In this document: piece after piece, positions 1-15,300 of the stretch
Layout: every line of letters begins with the position of its first letter
Position numbering within the stretch: the first letter of the stretch is position 1
Assembly (NCBI GenBank): GCA_040954595.2
Contig: CM082592.2
Coordinates: 8,171,677 to 8,235,676 of the forward strand
Length of the DNA stretch: 64,000 nt
From: Balanoglossus misakiensis
Taxonomy: Eukaryota > Animalia > Hemichordata
Direction: 5' to 3'
Program-made: the position numbers and the translations under genes
The notes under the pieces: model-generated
Seen by the model: the letters and a program-made list of their open reading frames with translations, nothing else
The model's database searches: none
What the model was told of the DNA's origin: nothing

Positions 1-399
1 ATCGTATTTCATCCTTGTGAGAAAAATAGAGGACGATCAGGTTTCGGTCGCCCAAAGAATCGACGTCGAAGAGAAGTTGTGAACTATTATTGCTGCATCC
101 GCGGGAGGAATATTTACCTACGACATGAGCAACCGATTTGTTTACTAGTGCGGGGATACCATCGAGCCTCTCGAGGAGTCCATCAAACATAATTAACTGG
201 AAAGGGTGGATATATCGGAAATATCTTACTATTATAAAGATATCAAGAAGTTTGTTTTGCTGTCAAGCTGAGAAGCTTCTACGAAATGATGGCGGGTAGT
301 GGACGTTACAGTTTTTAACCTTTGCACGAGTTGTTGTATTATGTCTTGACGAAGATTCGATCGATTTCCTCCAATTTTCTGATTGAACTTCCAAGTTCC

Positions 400-3300
400 A
401 TGAAGGACATTATGGATTCCTCCGACAACACGGAATCGCCAGTGAGCGATACAGAACCTGCGCCACCCCCAAACCCGGACAAGCAGACGACTTCTCGGGT
501 TTCAACTCTTTCTGGTATCTCAACGATATCAACTCGGTATGTGAACTTCACGCTGGCGATTTATTTCGCTCGCTTTTAATCACAGCCCCAGTGTCAATTA
601 TGTTAAACTTTGCCCTACCTCTCCCGACTCGTTTGGAAATTTATGAGCCGTGCTAAATCACCACTGAATGTGAAGTGGCACGGTGGTATTTTGACCGAAT
701 TTGCCGTCGGCAAGAATCGCACGGTTGACAACTCAGAAGTTTTACTTTGTGGGTCGGGGACTCGATCGCGAGGAAATTTGAGGACACGGCAGGGTGCTGT
801 GAAGTTACTTAGCACTGCCTTCAAAATGGCTGACAACAATAGCTTTAATTAATTGGGTCAAAACTCAAAACAAAATAATTCACACCTTTGCGGGAGTTGT
901 GTACGTGCGTGTTGGCATGGCAACAAATCAGCTGCGCGCCCAACGAAAGTAACACTGATTAACATATCGCACACATTGCATTGTAACAACATTGATTTGA
1001 CAACATATAGCTTGAGATAGTGCTCTGTTTTTTTTAACCATCCACTTTAGAAAGAACAGTTATGAATCCAAGATTCTGCTCTTTATCATTTTCTATTTTT
1101 GAGGCGAATAAAAGAAGAAACAAACTACTTTTATTTTGACAACTTGTGCATTGGGAAGGCACCACATGTTCATTTCATGCTTTTGTGATGGGTATTGTCT
1201 GAAGGTTGTAGTTTGCCTTAGGGAATTAACTCAATTGTGTTCACTCAAGCAGATGTTTTTGGAAGCCTACCGATTGAAATTATCAGTTGGTGATACCATT
1301 AAAAAGGTTATTTTCCTACTGATTTTAATAGCTCATTTTAAGTGCTAATAGCACTAATGAAAAAGAGCTTCTTTTCATCCAAGTTGAACTTTATCCAAGA
1401 ACGTTGCCACTAAAATCAGAATTTTATTGCTGAGGGGCGGTTTTAGTACCCAAGTTGAATTGTTCGTTTTCTAAAACGAAGATAAAAATCTTGTAATGGT
1501 AGATATGGAACGTGTCTGAGTTTAATACACTGTACGGCAGTGCGGGATGGGTGTGTTTGAATAAGACAAGCGAGATGTCTTCAACTACAGTTTAAGATAT
1601 ATGATGTAGATTTATCTAAAAATGTGTTCATCCATGGATCTTTAATGACCTAAATATTCATAATCTTGATATTTTTTTTCATGGGGGAATATTGTGAAGA
1701 AATGGCTATGTGAATTGTGAGCATTTCCTTCCCTTTTGTTACCATGACAACAACACTTATCTGTCTAAACTGACAATCAGGAGGTAATGTTTAAAGGTGT
1801 GATGATAGCCTATGAATTGGAGTGGATAATCATTATGTCAATACGGTTAGAGATATTAAAAAGAGATTAGACTTGCAAAACACATAAAAGAGCCCCCTTC
1901 CATGATAAGGCAGTGATTTCTGTTGGTGTTGGAAAGAAACAGGCCTGGGAAATGTATTGTATGTGTAGACAGCGGAAAAGGAAAAGGTGGATTTGCCTGT
2001 CACCAATTGAATCAAGGTGATGTGAAAAACTGACAAACAATGACACTTAAAAAATAATTATTGTCACAAAAGTTCACTACGAGACATACTTGATGAATTC
2101 ATTGCTTTCATTTGGTTTAATTCAGTGTTTGATGTTTCAGATATACTCGTATACATGCATGTAATATGTTATTAACATCCATTAATACTTTGACATATCA
2201 ATAACATCGTATTCAATAATTGATATAGCAGAGATTATTTCTAAGCCAACTTTAATGCTGTTGATGTTTAATATTTAAAAGTGCATTAAATGGAATATGA
2301 TGTCATGTCTTAAGAAAAACTGAGACTGAAATGTTTTTCCTTCTCTCCAACAGAAGTTCATTGACATCAGCGCCAGACTCCCAAATAGATGATGCTGAAG
2401 ATGATAGTAATGTCAATGTAGTTGTACGGTAAGTACAACATTTACGGTTTTCGAAATACAAGGTTCATTGCCAATTTTCTTCTGTTTTACTCTTTTCAAT
2501 ATGAGCAGCTACTTAGAGCTGTAGGCTGCCAATACAATATCAAACCTGATCGTTGAAAAATATGTTGGTATTGGAGACTAAAATATGTTTAATATTGATT
2601 TAATTAGGTGTAAATCTGCAATTGCTAAATCAGCCGCGATATTCTCACGTAGTAAAACTGGTGTGCACCTGCACGATGGGACACCAAATATGCAGTGAAA
2701 CCTGATATTGCCTACGATGTGAAATCCACATAAAGTACCGTAGCGCTATAAATCACACCTTAGCCTAAGTGGCACATCTAAAATTATTTTCTCCTTATTG
2801 TCATGGTGACCAACACTATATTTCACTTTAAGTGTAAGACAGTTTAACCACGCTTGTATATTGAATGCTCTATTTTGGTATTTCAGAGTTTCCACGTTTT
2901 TGTCTTATTGTGTGTGTGACATACTAGTCTGTGTGATGTATCGAGTTCCTAAGCTGGGCTTAAGTCTCGTTGTCAGTTCTGAAGCCAATATGGTCAATGA
3001 CTTGCAAAAATTCCTTTAACAAGATATTTTTATCTATCATAATGACGTCTGACTCGGTGGAATTTTTTTGGAAGTTCTCTTATTGACACAAACGGTTTCA
3101 GAAATCTTGAGTTTCAGAAAAACGCATATGGTCCTCATGTTTGCAGTTCACGAACAATACATTTCGGGGTGGTAGCATTTTGGCCGTAATTATTTTTCTT
3201 TGTGGATGGATGACTTTTGAAACTGTTTGTAGCGCCTCTTTCGTGAGCTCGGCGGGCGATGTGAGAAAACATACAGATAATCGCCTGACTACCGCTGTTT

Positions 3301-6300
3301 GTCAATTCTGTCCGCACAGTTGCTAAAAACAACACGGCACTATGTGGCAATTTGCTGCCATTATGCGGGAGTGTTGACTCTCTAATCTCTCTGTTGGCTC
3401 TTCGGCCGTGGCATTCAACCGGCCACCAATATTGTCGTTCCAGCAACAAAGAGATAAACAGCTGGGTATGTGAGAGACAGCAACTTACGCTCTTGTTGAT
3501 ATTGGGGAAAAAATCTTTTACTTGAGTGAAGATTGAATGGCTGTGGACAATAAGTGCTGACAGATGTATAAATAAAGTGAACTGGATTTGTAATTCTGCA
3601 TTAAAAAAAAAAATTGTAGACAAGACAAAATGGCGCGTAATCCATGCCAAAACACCTTGCTATCTTCAGCTCGTCATATGCTAACTTTCAAACCTGACAA
3701 CGTAACTTCAAATCTTATTAACCTAATGTATCTTCGAATACCTGCAAACCCTACTTTGAAAAGTATTGACCTAACCTAAAGAATCTGCAAGCTTTATAGG
3801 AGAAGGACGCTTCCCACGTTCCACACCCACTCTAAATACTAGACAGGGATTTACCCCCTCTCACGCCTCTAGGCAGCCAGTTCCAACTTAGAGATCTCAA
3901 ACAGAAAACAACAATTATGTAATATTGGTGTTTTTTTCAACGTGTGTTATTAAAATTGTAGTATTGATGTTACTTGCCGTGTATCTCAAACAACATGTTA
4001 CTGTGATGTTTCTCTTTGGATAGGTAGTCCGGTAACCTGACTGACGCACGCACACTGTCGTGAGAGAATTAGTGGTCGAGCAAATGGAAATTCTTCTTCA
4101 GTCAGGTGGATTGTTGATGCGAAAATACATTTCGTTGGAACTAGTACCATGCAACTCATATGACATATTTTGGGACTTGTTTACGCCAAGATATGAATAT
4201 CTTCACATCCTAGCTACACAGCCACTTCAATAAGTGCAGTTTCATTCAGCCTATCTATCTTCTCGGGGTTTCCTAGTTACGGCGGCCCACCCTGGAGTGT
4301 GCAATTTTGGGTGAATGGTTATGTCTTACATTTCAGCCCACTGCTTAGTCCATCCTTTGTGTTAACGGATTCACTTTGTGCCCATAGTCAGCCTGTGAGA
4401 GTCCAGTTATGATTTGGTACTTTTTCATGAGTTGTCCAGTCTGGAGTAATTGTTGGCCAGTTGACGTTTTAATATGCGACTGGGCAGCCAGGTGCCATTG
4501 GGTGGCCATTCATCAAACTCCCTTTCTCTCTCAATAATTCAGTGGCCGTCATTAAGGGAACAATTGATTGAAGATGGCTTAATCAGCCTAACGAACGTTT
4601 CAAACCCAGAGTGGAACGGAAATTGCTGAGCGATTTGTACGATGACTCACGTGTGTAATGTAGAGTAGTTCAATGATGAAGGCCGATCGATACTTGCATT
4701 GACGGGCAGACCATATACAGATTGCCATAATCTTGAAAATTGTATCACCATGGTTACAAGATGATATACCAGTTGTAGCTTTACATGTTTCAAATGTCAT
4801 TTGTTTGACCACAAACTGAAAATTTGAATAAGCATTAGCATACAAAATCTGAGTCTAACTGTAAGCGACGTTTGCATCATGACATTCCATACAAAATGCT
4901 ATTTCTAAAAATAAACCACGGAAATCACCGACTATCTGACTGCCCGTGATATTTCCTGTGCATTGAAACCATTTTCCTGATGCATTTCCTGCGTAAATGA
5001 CCTGTGTTTTGGGCATGCCTATATACCGTAGAGATGCCAGAGAAAACACATTGACATGCTGCTGTGACTTTCAGTAAAAGAACACTCTGTACGGCTTCGT
5101 TTGAAGTTCTGCATTTGAATTATTTCTGAGATTGGTTTGTGAAAGGTATGGGGAAAACGGAAGGACTACTGCTGTGTTGGGAGTTAGATTTGTGTGGTTG
5201 AAAGTGGTACGTGTATGTGTGTGTGTTTGATTCAAACCCAGACCTACATGTACGTGCACCTGTTTGCAGATTCATACATCAACAGCAAGTTCTGTAGATA
5301 TATGATTTTCTCTTTCTTGACTTCAAATGGGCAGACAAAATAAAATCAGTAATTCTGTACAGAATCACAGCAGATAGAACAATTAAATGGATATATGTAA
5401 TAATATTACAAATACTTGCAGACTCTCCATCATCCAACCAATGCTTAAAACTTCGTTTAGAACCACCTGTTGGAGTCAAAAGTACCCTAAGCTATTGTTC
5501 TTTCTTCCCCTGCTAATTCCCTAAGTTATTGTTCTTTCTTCCCCTAACTCCCTAGGCTGTTGTTCTTTTCTACGCTTACTCTCTAAGCCATTGTTCTTTT
5601 CGACGATAAACTCCCCAAATAGCTTTTTTCTTGGCAATAGTCCATATCACTAACTAACTCCTTTTTAAAGTGCGCGCGAGAGACTTTCAATTTGCAAGGG
5701 GAGTCTTCATTATCATTGTGTTATCTCTTGAGTTAGTGTATACATGTCAGTGTCACTGAGGAAATCGTCTTTAGTTGCTTGTCCACTTAGCGTGACACTG
5801 CGAGGATCACATTCCTGCTTGTCGCCTGGAGACCGTGTGTTTTCTATTGAGTCCCAGCTCGGTTGGAACATCATTGAGTCGCCCCGGACTAGCTCTCAAA
5901 GTCAAGTAGGGGTTTAAACGCCTGACCAGAGTGTTCAGTTCAAGTGTTTGCAGACTGATGCTCACTAAAAATTGATGATCTCCTGGCAGAGACTTTAAAT
6001 ATAGAAAGATAAAACTCATACAGATAAAAATATCAGTGAGATAAAGGAACAGGCTTCTCGAAGTAGATAAACCAAGAAAATTGGAATGTCAGTATCTACA
6101 CACAGAATATAAAATCACCTCCCAATATTTCCTTAAAAAATAAACTTTTTAAACTTGAATAGTTCAGTCCAAATCCATTGTTTTCTACATGACAGAGGGA
6201 AATGTATGAATGAATTAAACTTGAAGTGGCCAACTGGAATTACAAATTTGATTTAACTTTCTAATAACCTTGGCACAGTACATGTACATGTTCGTAGCAT

Positions 6301-9300
6301 GTATGGTACTAGACTTTAGCTGATTTATAGAACATCCTGAAGCCTGTATATTTTGCAAGAACTTCAATAAAAAGAACTCTCTCGAGAGAAACCACTGGTA
6401 TCGAGCCCCAGAAGCCATCATTAAGTTGTCCATTGTGCTGTAGAGCTTGCGCCATGTTTTCAATTCATAAAGGCTTAAATTCTCATGTATTCTCGGGAAA
6501 AAAACATGACTGGATGGAGTTTTTTCTTGAGGAGAGCGAGTAATCAAAATTGATCATTATCATCTTGCCTCCATTTGAACCGAAGTACCGATATACATTC
6601 AGCTTTTGGCAGGTCATAACTAATTTAAAAGGCAATTTCTCAATTGGAGAATTTGTCTCCACTCCAGGATTATTTTTGAAATTTTCTCCAAACAGCTTAT
6701 CATTTGTTTTCAATGTGGTTGTAAAAACTTTGTCACAAGTCATGCTCAGACAAGTTTGGTCTGGCTGTGGGGCCTTTTTTGGTATGTAGATTTACTTAAA
6801 GCCTTATAATTGCCTCTGGCTTTGGACAATGGTATTTCAATTGAAAACCCCCCTTTAAGACGTCTGTTGAATTATACAACATTCATTCCAGAATCAAGCA
6901 TTTTGTCTCTTCAAGGATATTGGCCCTTGGGATCGAACTCTTGATGGCCAATCTACGGAGTGATATTGTGCAACATTTTAAAGTACACGTTATAGAGCCC
7001 GGCTGATGTCAAAGCAGGTGTATCATGAATTTGGGAGAATATAAAGGCCCAGTACTGTAGCTTATAGTTGTGTGTTTGTAGTTTTGTCTTTTTACCCCTA
7101 CTATATTACTGGGTTAAATGTACTGGCCAAAGACTTGACAAGTGTCAACTATTCCCAGACGTACATCCCATCTGACTCCTGAATCAAATTCGTTGGCAAT
7201 TATTAGAGCATGGAAGTGACCACTAGGTGATAAATGCAGCGTTCCACACCAGTAGCTGCTCTCATTATATTACGTAAAACCAAGTCGTGGGAAAAGTACT
7301 AACTCTATACACACCAGTTTGTTTGCTTTTTTCAACGTAAATTGTTCTCTCTCTTTTGCCATCATGCCAAACTCTACTGTTTGTGGAAAAATAGCTGTAT
7401 GGTTCTAATAAACCAACCTACCCTAAACTGACCCTAAACTTTTTAAAGCCAAATATAAAATGTAAACATCATAATTTGCACAAGAATTAGCATGAAAGTA
7501 ACACAAAATTGCATACTGATATCCTGTCTTTTTGTACACGCAGGGTTCGGCCTCTGAACAGCCAAGAAACAGGACGAAGCGATGCAGAGTCCATCGAATT
7601 TCCAGCCGACAACTCTGTCTTGGTAAGTCAAAGAATAAACGCGTCGCGATCATAATTTATCATGCGAACAAAACATGTGTATGCAAAAATAAGAAAAATT
7701 AAAAATACATGAAAAATGTCGTGTTCTTCAAGAAACTGGGCAGACATCCGATATTCTTATCGATTCAAGAGACTGCAGGATAGGCAAACAGGTAATTATC
7801 TGATTGGGCCGAGTTATTAGGTTGAAATTCAGGATATGGGATTTCACTAAGTGTTGAATAATTAAAAAAGCGGGAATTTGCACTCAATAGACTTCCTTTT
7901 GCCCGTAGGATGTGCGTCTGATTAAATGGCTCGGAAATTGCTGCAAAAGATACAGGACTTCAATTGGCATCTGTGCATCAGGTAGCCATGTGGTGGGCAC
8001 CTGTGTTTTTCGAAATTTTCAATCATGGAAATTACAATGGGAGATAGCGCAGTGGCTTGTTGTAGATGAGAGATGAGATGTGTTGTTAGAAAGGTTGACT
8101 TTGTGTCTGTGTTCGAGGGGGAAGAGAATGGAGAGGGAATTAAATCCTCTGTTTATATTCAAGTGTTGGGAAAAACAGTATACCTGATACATTAACAGAA
8201 TTAAATTCGCCAAGTCCAGATGCACGGTGCATGACGTATATTGGCAAGCGTAAATTAGACGAGATTGTGTCCCTATAAGTCAGAGTAACGGCCGATGCAG
8301 GTTTGTTGGAATTATTTATTGAAATGTCTTAGATCCTCTGACCATTGGTTGAAATAAAAAGACTTTCGGTCATGGGGGTCAAGAATTACCTTTACCACAA
8401 TTCAAATTGTGGTTATTCTTTTAAGTTGTGAAAACGCTCCATTGAGTCAGTGTCAATAAGATTGTACAGTGAACGTTTGTTGAAAATGGCTTTATCCTGG
8501 CTGCCAAACAGAAGTTTGAAAGAGTCAAATGTGATAAAAACACTCATGGGACCCCATGTTATTAAACTCAATGAATGTTTATAATCTCCCTCGACAGGTG
8601 GATCACCAGGGAAGAAGCAAGTCTTTCACCTTCAATGCTGTGTTCCAACCCTCTGCGACTCAGCAAGATGTCTTTGAAAACTGCGGCATAAAGAGACTTA
8701 TAGAAATGGCCCTGGGAGGTTATGCTGGCACCATCTTTGCGTACGGACAAACTGGCTCAGGGAAAACTCACACTATTACTGGTCCTCTGTCAAGGGTAAG
8801 GCCCGTTCTTGTCATCAGTTGCTGAATTGGTCGTTTGTTTTCTTCATACAAGTAGATTTGTTTTGTAAAGTCAGAGGTACCTCTATAATTATTGATGGTC
8901 TACCAATATCTCTAGAGGATTGTAATTATCATGGAAATGGGCCCATTAAATTGTGAGTGTTCTGTGCAAGTATTGATAAAATGGTTAACGGATGAAAATA
9001 ATCTGAACACACTACATATTGACTGGGCATGAGGGTAACAGCATACATCTGTCGACCTGAGATGATGATGATAATGATGATGACGATGATGATGATGATG
9101 ATGATGATCGTCTTTTCTGTTGACATTGCAGGATGAGCCTCCAAATCCAGAGGTGTTTGGTCTGATACAGAGATCGTTTCAGTATCTCTTTGAGAAAATT
9201 AAACAGAACACTGATGAAAATGGCATCTCATACACACTGTCGGCATCCTACCTTGAAATTTACAATGAGCAGGTAAGGCTGAGGTGCTTTTCAAAATTTT

Positions 9301-12300
9301 CTTCGAGAATTCATGTGTCTAATTGTTTTGAATTTTTGTGTGAAGGTCCCTTGGGGTGATCTAAGTCAAATTTGTTGAAATTATGACAGAATGTGCATTA
9401 CTCCTGAGTGTCTGCGTTGATGCGTTGCAGGTCAAAGATCTACTTAACCCCTCCGAGAGGAGTAACCTTGGAGTCAGGTGGTCCAAAACCAAAGGATTCT
9501 ACGTGGAAAATTTATTTGTGGTGGAGTGTGAATCCACCGATGATCTCATGGCCGTCTTGGAGGAAGGTGAGGCAAATCTCCATTTCTGAGAAGAACAAAA
9601 TGAAGTCTTCATATTTTAAGGATAAATACAAGTAAATGATACTGTTCTTCATCATTAATGCTCCAAACAACAAACCACGTGCACCGTGTAACATTACGTG
9701 CAGAGTTCCAACTGAAGCAAACACAGGTCAGATGTTCGTCCCAGCCACACTAGATATTTGACACGCATGAGTGATGTCATCTAATCAACAGTCGTGAATG
9801 CCATTTTTGGTTTGCTATGTCCATGACTTGTTATACCTTGTAATCTGATGTCAAAATGGGAAAATCCCCGCCCCTGGCATCGACTAATCCCTTGTCACGT
9901 GTACACATCCAGGTGGGCTTGTTGCTTGGAAACTGTGTATGTCAGGTCATCAACAAACTCATCGGCATTTTTCAACTCTTCATATTGGTCATCCTGCCTG
10001 TGATAGGGTCATGAGGTCAACTCTTTGGTGGATGATATTGTTTGCTTGTTGTAATGAACATTTTGATGGATTTTTACTCACTTGAACCTAAGTCTGCCTG
10101 ACATGTTCATTATTAAATGTTGAAACAGGAAGCTTTTCATGTTGGAAACAAATGTATGTGGCACACAACTGGAAAACTGTAAATTGTGTGAAACACAAAA
10201 GTACTAGTAATTAAGGCACATCCCTGTCTAGAATTATTGTCACCATCTCACCCCCAGTCCACAGTGTAGAGGTCTTCTTTGGGCATTGAAGAATGCTAGT
10301 CACCTTTTTATACAAGATTCCTCAGAGTTTGAAAATTGACGACAAACAAGAAATTGGCCTTCTGTATTGACTGTTACAAATAGCACGGTAACTCAATCGC
10401 TCCAGCCGTTTACACGCAGAGTGTGCAGGATGGAGAGCGTGACTGAGATATTGAATGGTAGTTTGTAAAAAAAGTAATCAGTACCCTTCATTGTGCCACT
10501 TAAAAAAAAAAGTTGCCATCCGAGATGGCGTATCTTTTGACATGCTTTGGTGCTCCTAAACGGGGTCACTGCTCCCCGGGGCAGTTTGTCGGCTGGTGCG
10601 CGTCCGAAAAAGAAACGGGTAATTGAAAGATTTGGTGGGCGGCTTACACTTACAGCTTAATTTAGTGCCCAGGTCTGACAGGGTTTACCGAGAATGGCCG
10701 GCGTGTTTCCTTGGTGATCAGAAACAAACATGATAGAAGTTCATGTGCTTCACAAGGACATGTCCAAGTTGGCAGTGGTCTAGCTGCCACACGCACTCAC
10801 TCACGCCTACACACAAGGAGAACACAAGTTTATGGCGATGTTTACTGCCGGCAGTAACAGTGTTTATAAACTTAGTCTACCAAATACAAGGGTCAGTTAC
10901 TAAGTGTGTTTACGTATACAGGAGGTAAATAGCTCCCCCCCTGAAGTATTAATTGACCCTGTAGTTGTATATGCCAACTGTGTAATACCAACCTTATCTT
11001 TGATCTACATCAGTGTAATGTATAAAGTTTAAGCAGCGCAGTGATTGTTTTGTTTTGATATATAGCACTGTTATGCCAAACAACCGTAGTATTTGACAAT
11101 GCTGGATGCGTAAACACGCCGAATTGATCCTTGTAACAATTATACCAAGTTCAAAAAAGATAAAAACAATTCTCTGAAATTTAAGGTTCTGAATTTGCGA
11201 GATTTATCTTTCTGTGTGCGGGAGGGGATCAGTTTCTGGAAACGTTCTCGTAAATATTTGTCGGGTCTGTTAGAATTTTTATGGGAGTGGGTAATGGTGG
11301 CACTTGCTGACCTGAGAGAGGTGCTTAAACAAATATTGAAGGTACAGTAGCTGTGTGGGAGGGGGATTAAAAAAAACATGCGATCTTCTCTAGCTTGGCA
11401 TGCCAGGTTGTGGCTTCTACCATTGTGATGTCAGTATAGGCACAACTGCAGTTTGTGCAAAGAAACGTAAACATGTTATCTGAACTGATTAGACATATGT
11501 GATAGTGCCTAAATTATAAAAGACGAACTTGATTAAAAGATATTAGCTTAGCTTGGGCACAAAGCGAATGTCGGTCATTTTAATGTAGTCAAGCGGTGAT
11601 CGGGCAGAGTTAATAATATCTGGTGTGATGTTGACATGAAATTCCTTCATATCGTTGAAATTTCAATTCTTAAATCTTTTTTTGTTTTTATAGCAGAAAA
11701 AGACAATTGATTTAGAACAGGAAATAAAGTTATCAGTTGATCCCTTGTTTCATGATCTTTGAACTCATCAACTCCTTGGCTTCCTGTTTGCCGATGAAGT
11801 ACATTAATCAACAGGTGGTGGGGGCAGTGAATATATACACATGTAGCCTAGCAACAAATGCCGGTATATACACACGAGGAAGGTTCCCAGGTGTACTCAG
11901 CCAATCAGAACATCAAAGGATGATAATGATGATAATGGTGATGAAGAAAAAAGTAATTTTTTCAAGTGAATTTTTGACTGCGGCTGAGATTGACCACTCA
12001 TGAACGCCCCGGAATGCAGAATATGTTGATATGAAGTGCCTCAAGTGAATAATCAATGGTGCAACTAACCCTGTATGTCACTTTGTCGGATTCATAGGGT
12101 ACCTTTGACTTGCAACACTCATCAGGTACATTTAGCACTCACAAAATTGAGTCATTTTAGGTCACCTCTCTCTCATCAGAATGAGTTACTCGACAGAGAA
12201 TGACAACCCCTCTGCAGCCAGTGCACAGTGAGACCGGTATTTGAATCGATATTTGGACGATTTCGTCAACCCGGGTAGCGTGGTCACCATGGCGATTTGA

Positions 12301-15300
12301 AATGACAATGCATTTGGGGTGAAAGGTCACTGCCATTAGCCCAGCGGATGATCCCAGATGTACATCTTTTTCCCCATTGTTGAACAGAAAGGGTTGTGTT
12401 TTGATTCCACTTCTTCCTGTTTGAAAAGGGCGCAAATATTTAAGGGCGAGGTACATAGATCTGTTTTCGTGCTGTCAGTAAACTTTGATTTAAAATATGA
12501 AGTTATTTGCCAGAATGGTGCATGGATGTTGTTTAATGTATTTTTAGTTAACTCGTTTCCTGACAACTGGGTTAAGTCTTTTACTGGTTCATTGATAATA
12601 GACCTCACTTTGGTCTGTTATTTGATAAACTTGAAATGAAGTGGATTTGGGACTTAGCAACCAGAGTAAACAATTGTATGACCCCCCCCCCCCTCCATAT
12701 TCTCATATATGTCAGTCACCTAGATTCAGCACAGTCCTGGTGGTCAGAGTTCAAAGTTCACCAAATAAATCACCTGCGGTGTGTTGTTTTACGCTGACGT
12801 CTCGGTGAAGTTGTTGAAGTGGTGAGTACCATATAATGTGTGGCGGAATCCGAGCAAAATACAGCTTAATTATGGTGTGTGGTTTCAGAGATGCGATTGA
12901 GGGAGTTTTCATCACTGCGCTGTGATTGATGAAAGTTTTTGATTTGGAAATCTGCTGTTGTACAGGCAATGTTGAACTGTCAGAATGTACTTCTCGTCAC
13001 GACATCAGTTATTATTCTGGTGTACCGTAGTTTTCTTCAATATGACAGGATGTTCGCGCTTAGAGGTGCAGTCCTCAACTGTCCAGCAGATAATCCTATA
13101 TGTTCAATTCAAAATGACGAGAAACATACATGGATGCAACGCAGGTGCCCAAATTGGTCGATTGAGATTTGTAATTGATGTCTGGTAAATGTGTTGTGAT
13201 CGATAGACCTTTGTGGTCTGGTCGTTTTGCATTGCGACGCCCGAGGGGAAGACAGTCGACTCGAGGGGTAGCTGGAATTTGGTTGTTAATTGTTATCACT
13301 CTGACATCCAAATCTGTTTTCACTATCATTTTCACCGTTTTGTTTAATGGATGTAAAAGTTCAGCGAAAAGTAATGTTTAGAAAAAGTGTAAGCCTTAGA
13401 AGATTATTGCCGTCACTCCGTCAGTAAAGTGCAAAAGCACACATCAGAAAGTCATTCATCTGACCACAATAGTTGTTGACCGTGCATTTAGAATCCTAAT
13501 CGAAGATTTGATTTGCAAATCCCAAGTTGAAAGATGTGTTGTGTGCAGATACACACCTGTTGTTCAGCGTGGGCTGCCACGGCAACTGACACGCCTGATT
13601 TACCCGTGCACACTTTTTTTTTCGGAAGTCCAACAAGACAATAAAGAAAAGAGCTTTGTGACTCGCTTGTATCTTCTTTTCAAGTCGGGATGGTTACTTC
13701 TTCCCCGAGGTCACATTCTGGTATTGTGTCTGTATAGTTTGGGCTATTGTGTCTCTGGAGGGGTGTGATCATTGTCGGTCCCCCTTGGCTCCTAATTTAA
13801 CTACAGCCCACAAATCAGAGGTCCAATCATGCAGCACACTGTGGTTGGCAAGCAATCACCTTAAATACATGAACCAAATATAGCACAAAGAACTGACAGA
13901 TTAACCTACAGATTTCGAACTCATTTAAAACAAGCGTGGTGTCATTTGAGGTCAGGGTGAGGACCACCTGCCCTGCCAAGTTTTTTTTTGGTTACGGGTC
14001 ACCCTAATGTTCAATGAAATTTAGGTAGCACTGCAAACTGTACAGACATCACAATATGCTACCTGAATTTAACCTTGACATATATGGGGGAGTGTGGTGG
14101 AGGCACACTGTAGGCCCCCTTGGCCGTTTCCTAGCTACAGTGTGTGTGTTGTTGTCCAGCATGGAGGAATGATGTAGTCCATGTGTCAACATTGCAAATT
14201 GAAATACCCTACAGGTGATACCTGTTGCCGGCAGCTGTGTTTGAAAGACGAAAATCTTTGATATGTCGAGAATGTGACAGTGCCAAGGTTGTTCAGTGTG
14301 TAGTGCATATATGCAGTTGTGTTGCACACACATGAAGAATTATTTTAGTGTAAACTGTTACCGTGGGTATTTCTTGGATGGAGTAATTCCTGAGAATTTC
14401 CAATACACCCCCTCACCCCAATTTTCTTTGTAAAAATGGTCTAGTCTTGAATCACTGAAAACATGCAAGTAAAATCAGAGTACTAAACCTGGAAGGGGTG
14501 AAAGCAAAGAACAGCAGAAACATAATTGATTCAAAATAAAAAAGTGAACATGATTTCTTTGTGCCCATCGAGGACGTAGATGAATACTGTACTATGCTCT
14601 TTCCATAATGAAGGTAAATATGTACTGATTGTGTCCGTAAGTGACTTGATTGATTTTGTAATCAGAAAAATTACAGACACTTTGAGGTTTTCTATTTTAG
14701 GTATAGTGCATAAATTTGTGTTCAGTTTAAGTTAGGAGAGCAGTATTTTGTTGTACAGGCAATTAAGAGTCACAGGTTTTCTTTAATAGTCTGTTAATGA
14801 CACAGCCATTGCCCATCCTTGCGGTTGTCTTCTGTGTGTGTGCATGCGGAACGCACAATGAAAATGTCAATACTTTTACCTGTAAGCTATTGGCAGTAGC
14901 CAAGTGGAAAACCAGGCGAGTCCCATTTGCATAGGGTTACGTAACAACACTTAGCTTCCACATTTGTGATTAAAAGAAGTTGTAACCACAATAACTGAAA
15001 ACTGGACACATACGTGGATGAGGGGAACCTTCGCTGAGTCATCATCTTTCTGTCTTTCTTTTTTAAAGTCAAAAAATGAGTATTTTTGGTCAGTGACTGC
15101 CTGTCATTGTTTTTGGCTATTGTTCTGTTTATCGATATTGTCAGGTAACTAGGTAAGTGTTGTGCCTTTATTGATTATTCAAAACACTTGGCTTGTTGTA
15201 GTTGTGTTATCGGGAGAGTCACTAGTGTCTGTGTGCGTTCTGTGAAATAGGACACTGTTTTTCTTTTAACTTTTGGATGATACTTTGAAAAAAAAGCATC

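Noticed and set aside
5748-5800. Inverted repeat CAGTGTCAC...GTGACACTG as a pre-miRNA
   Set aside because: Stem too short and loop too large for a canonical pre-miRNA.
8929-9144. Poly-Ile minus-strand ORF
   Set aside because: Translation artefact of the (GAT)n microsatellite.
1136-14333. Numerous 60-170-aa intronic ORFs (other than KIF12 exons)
   Set aside because: Mostly non-ATG starts, AT-rich composition, no motifs or compatible splice sites; expected by chance.
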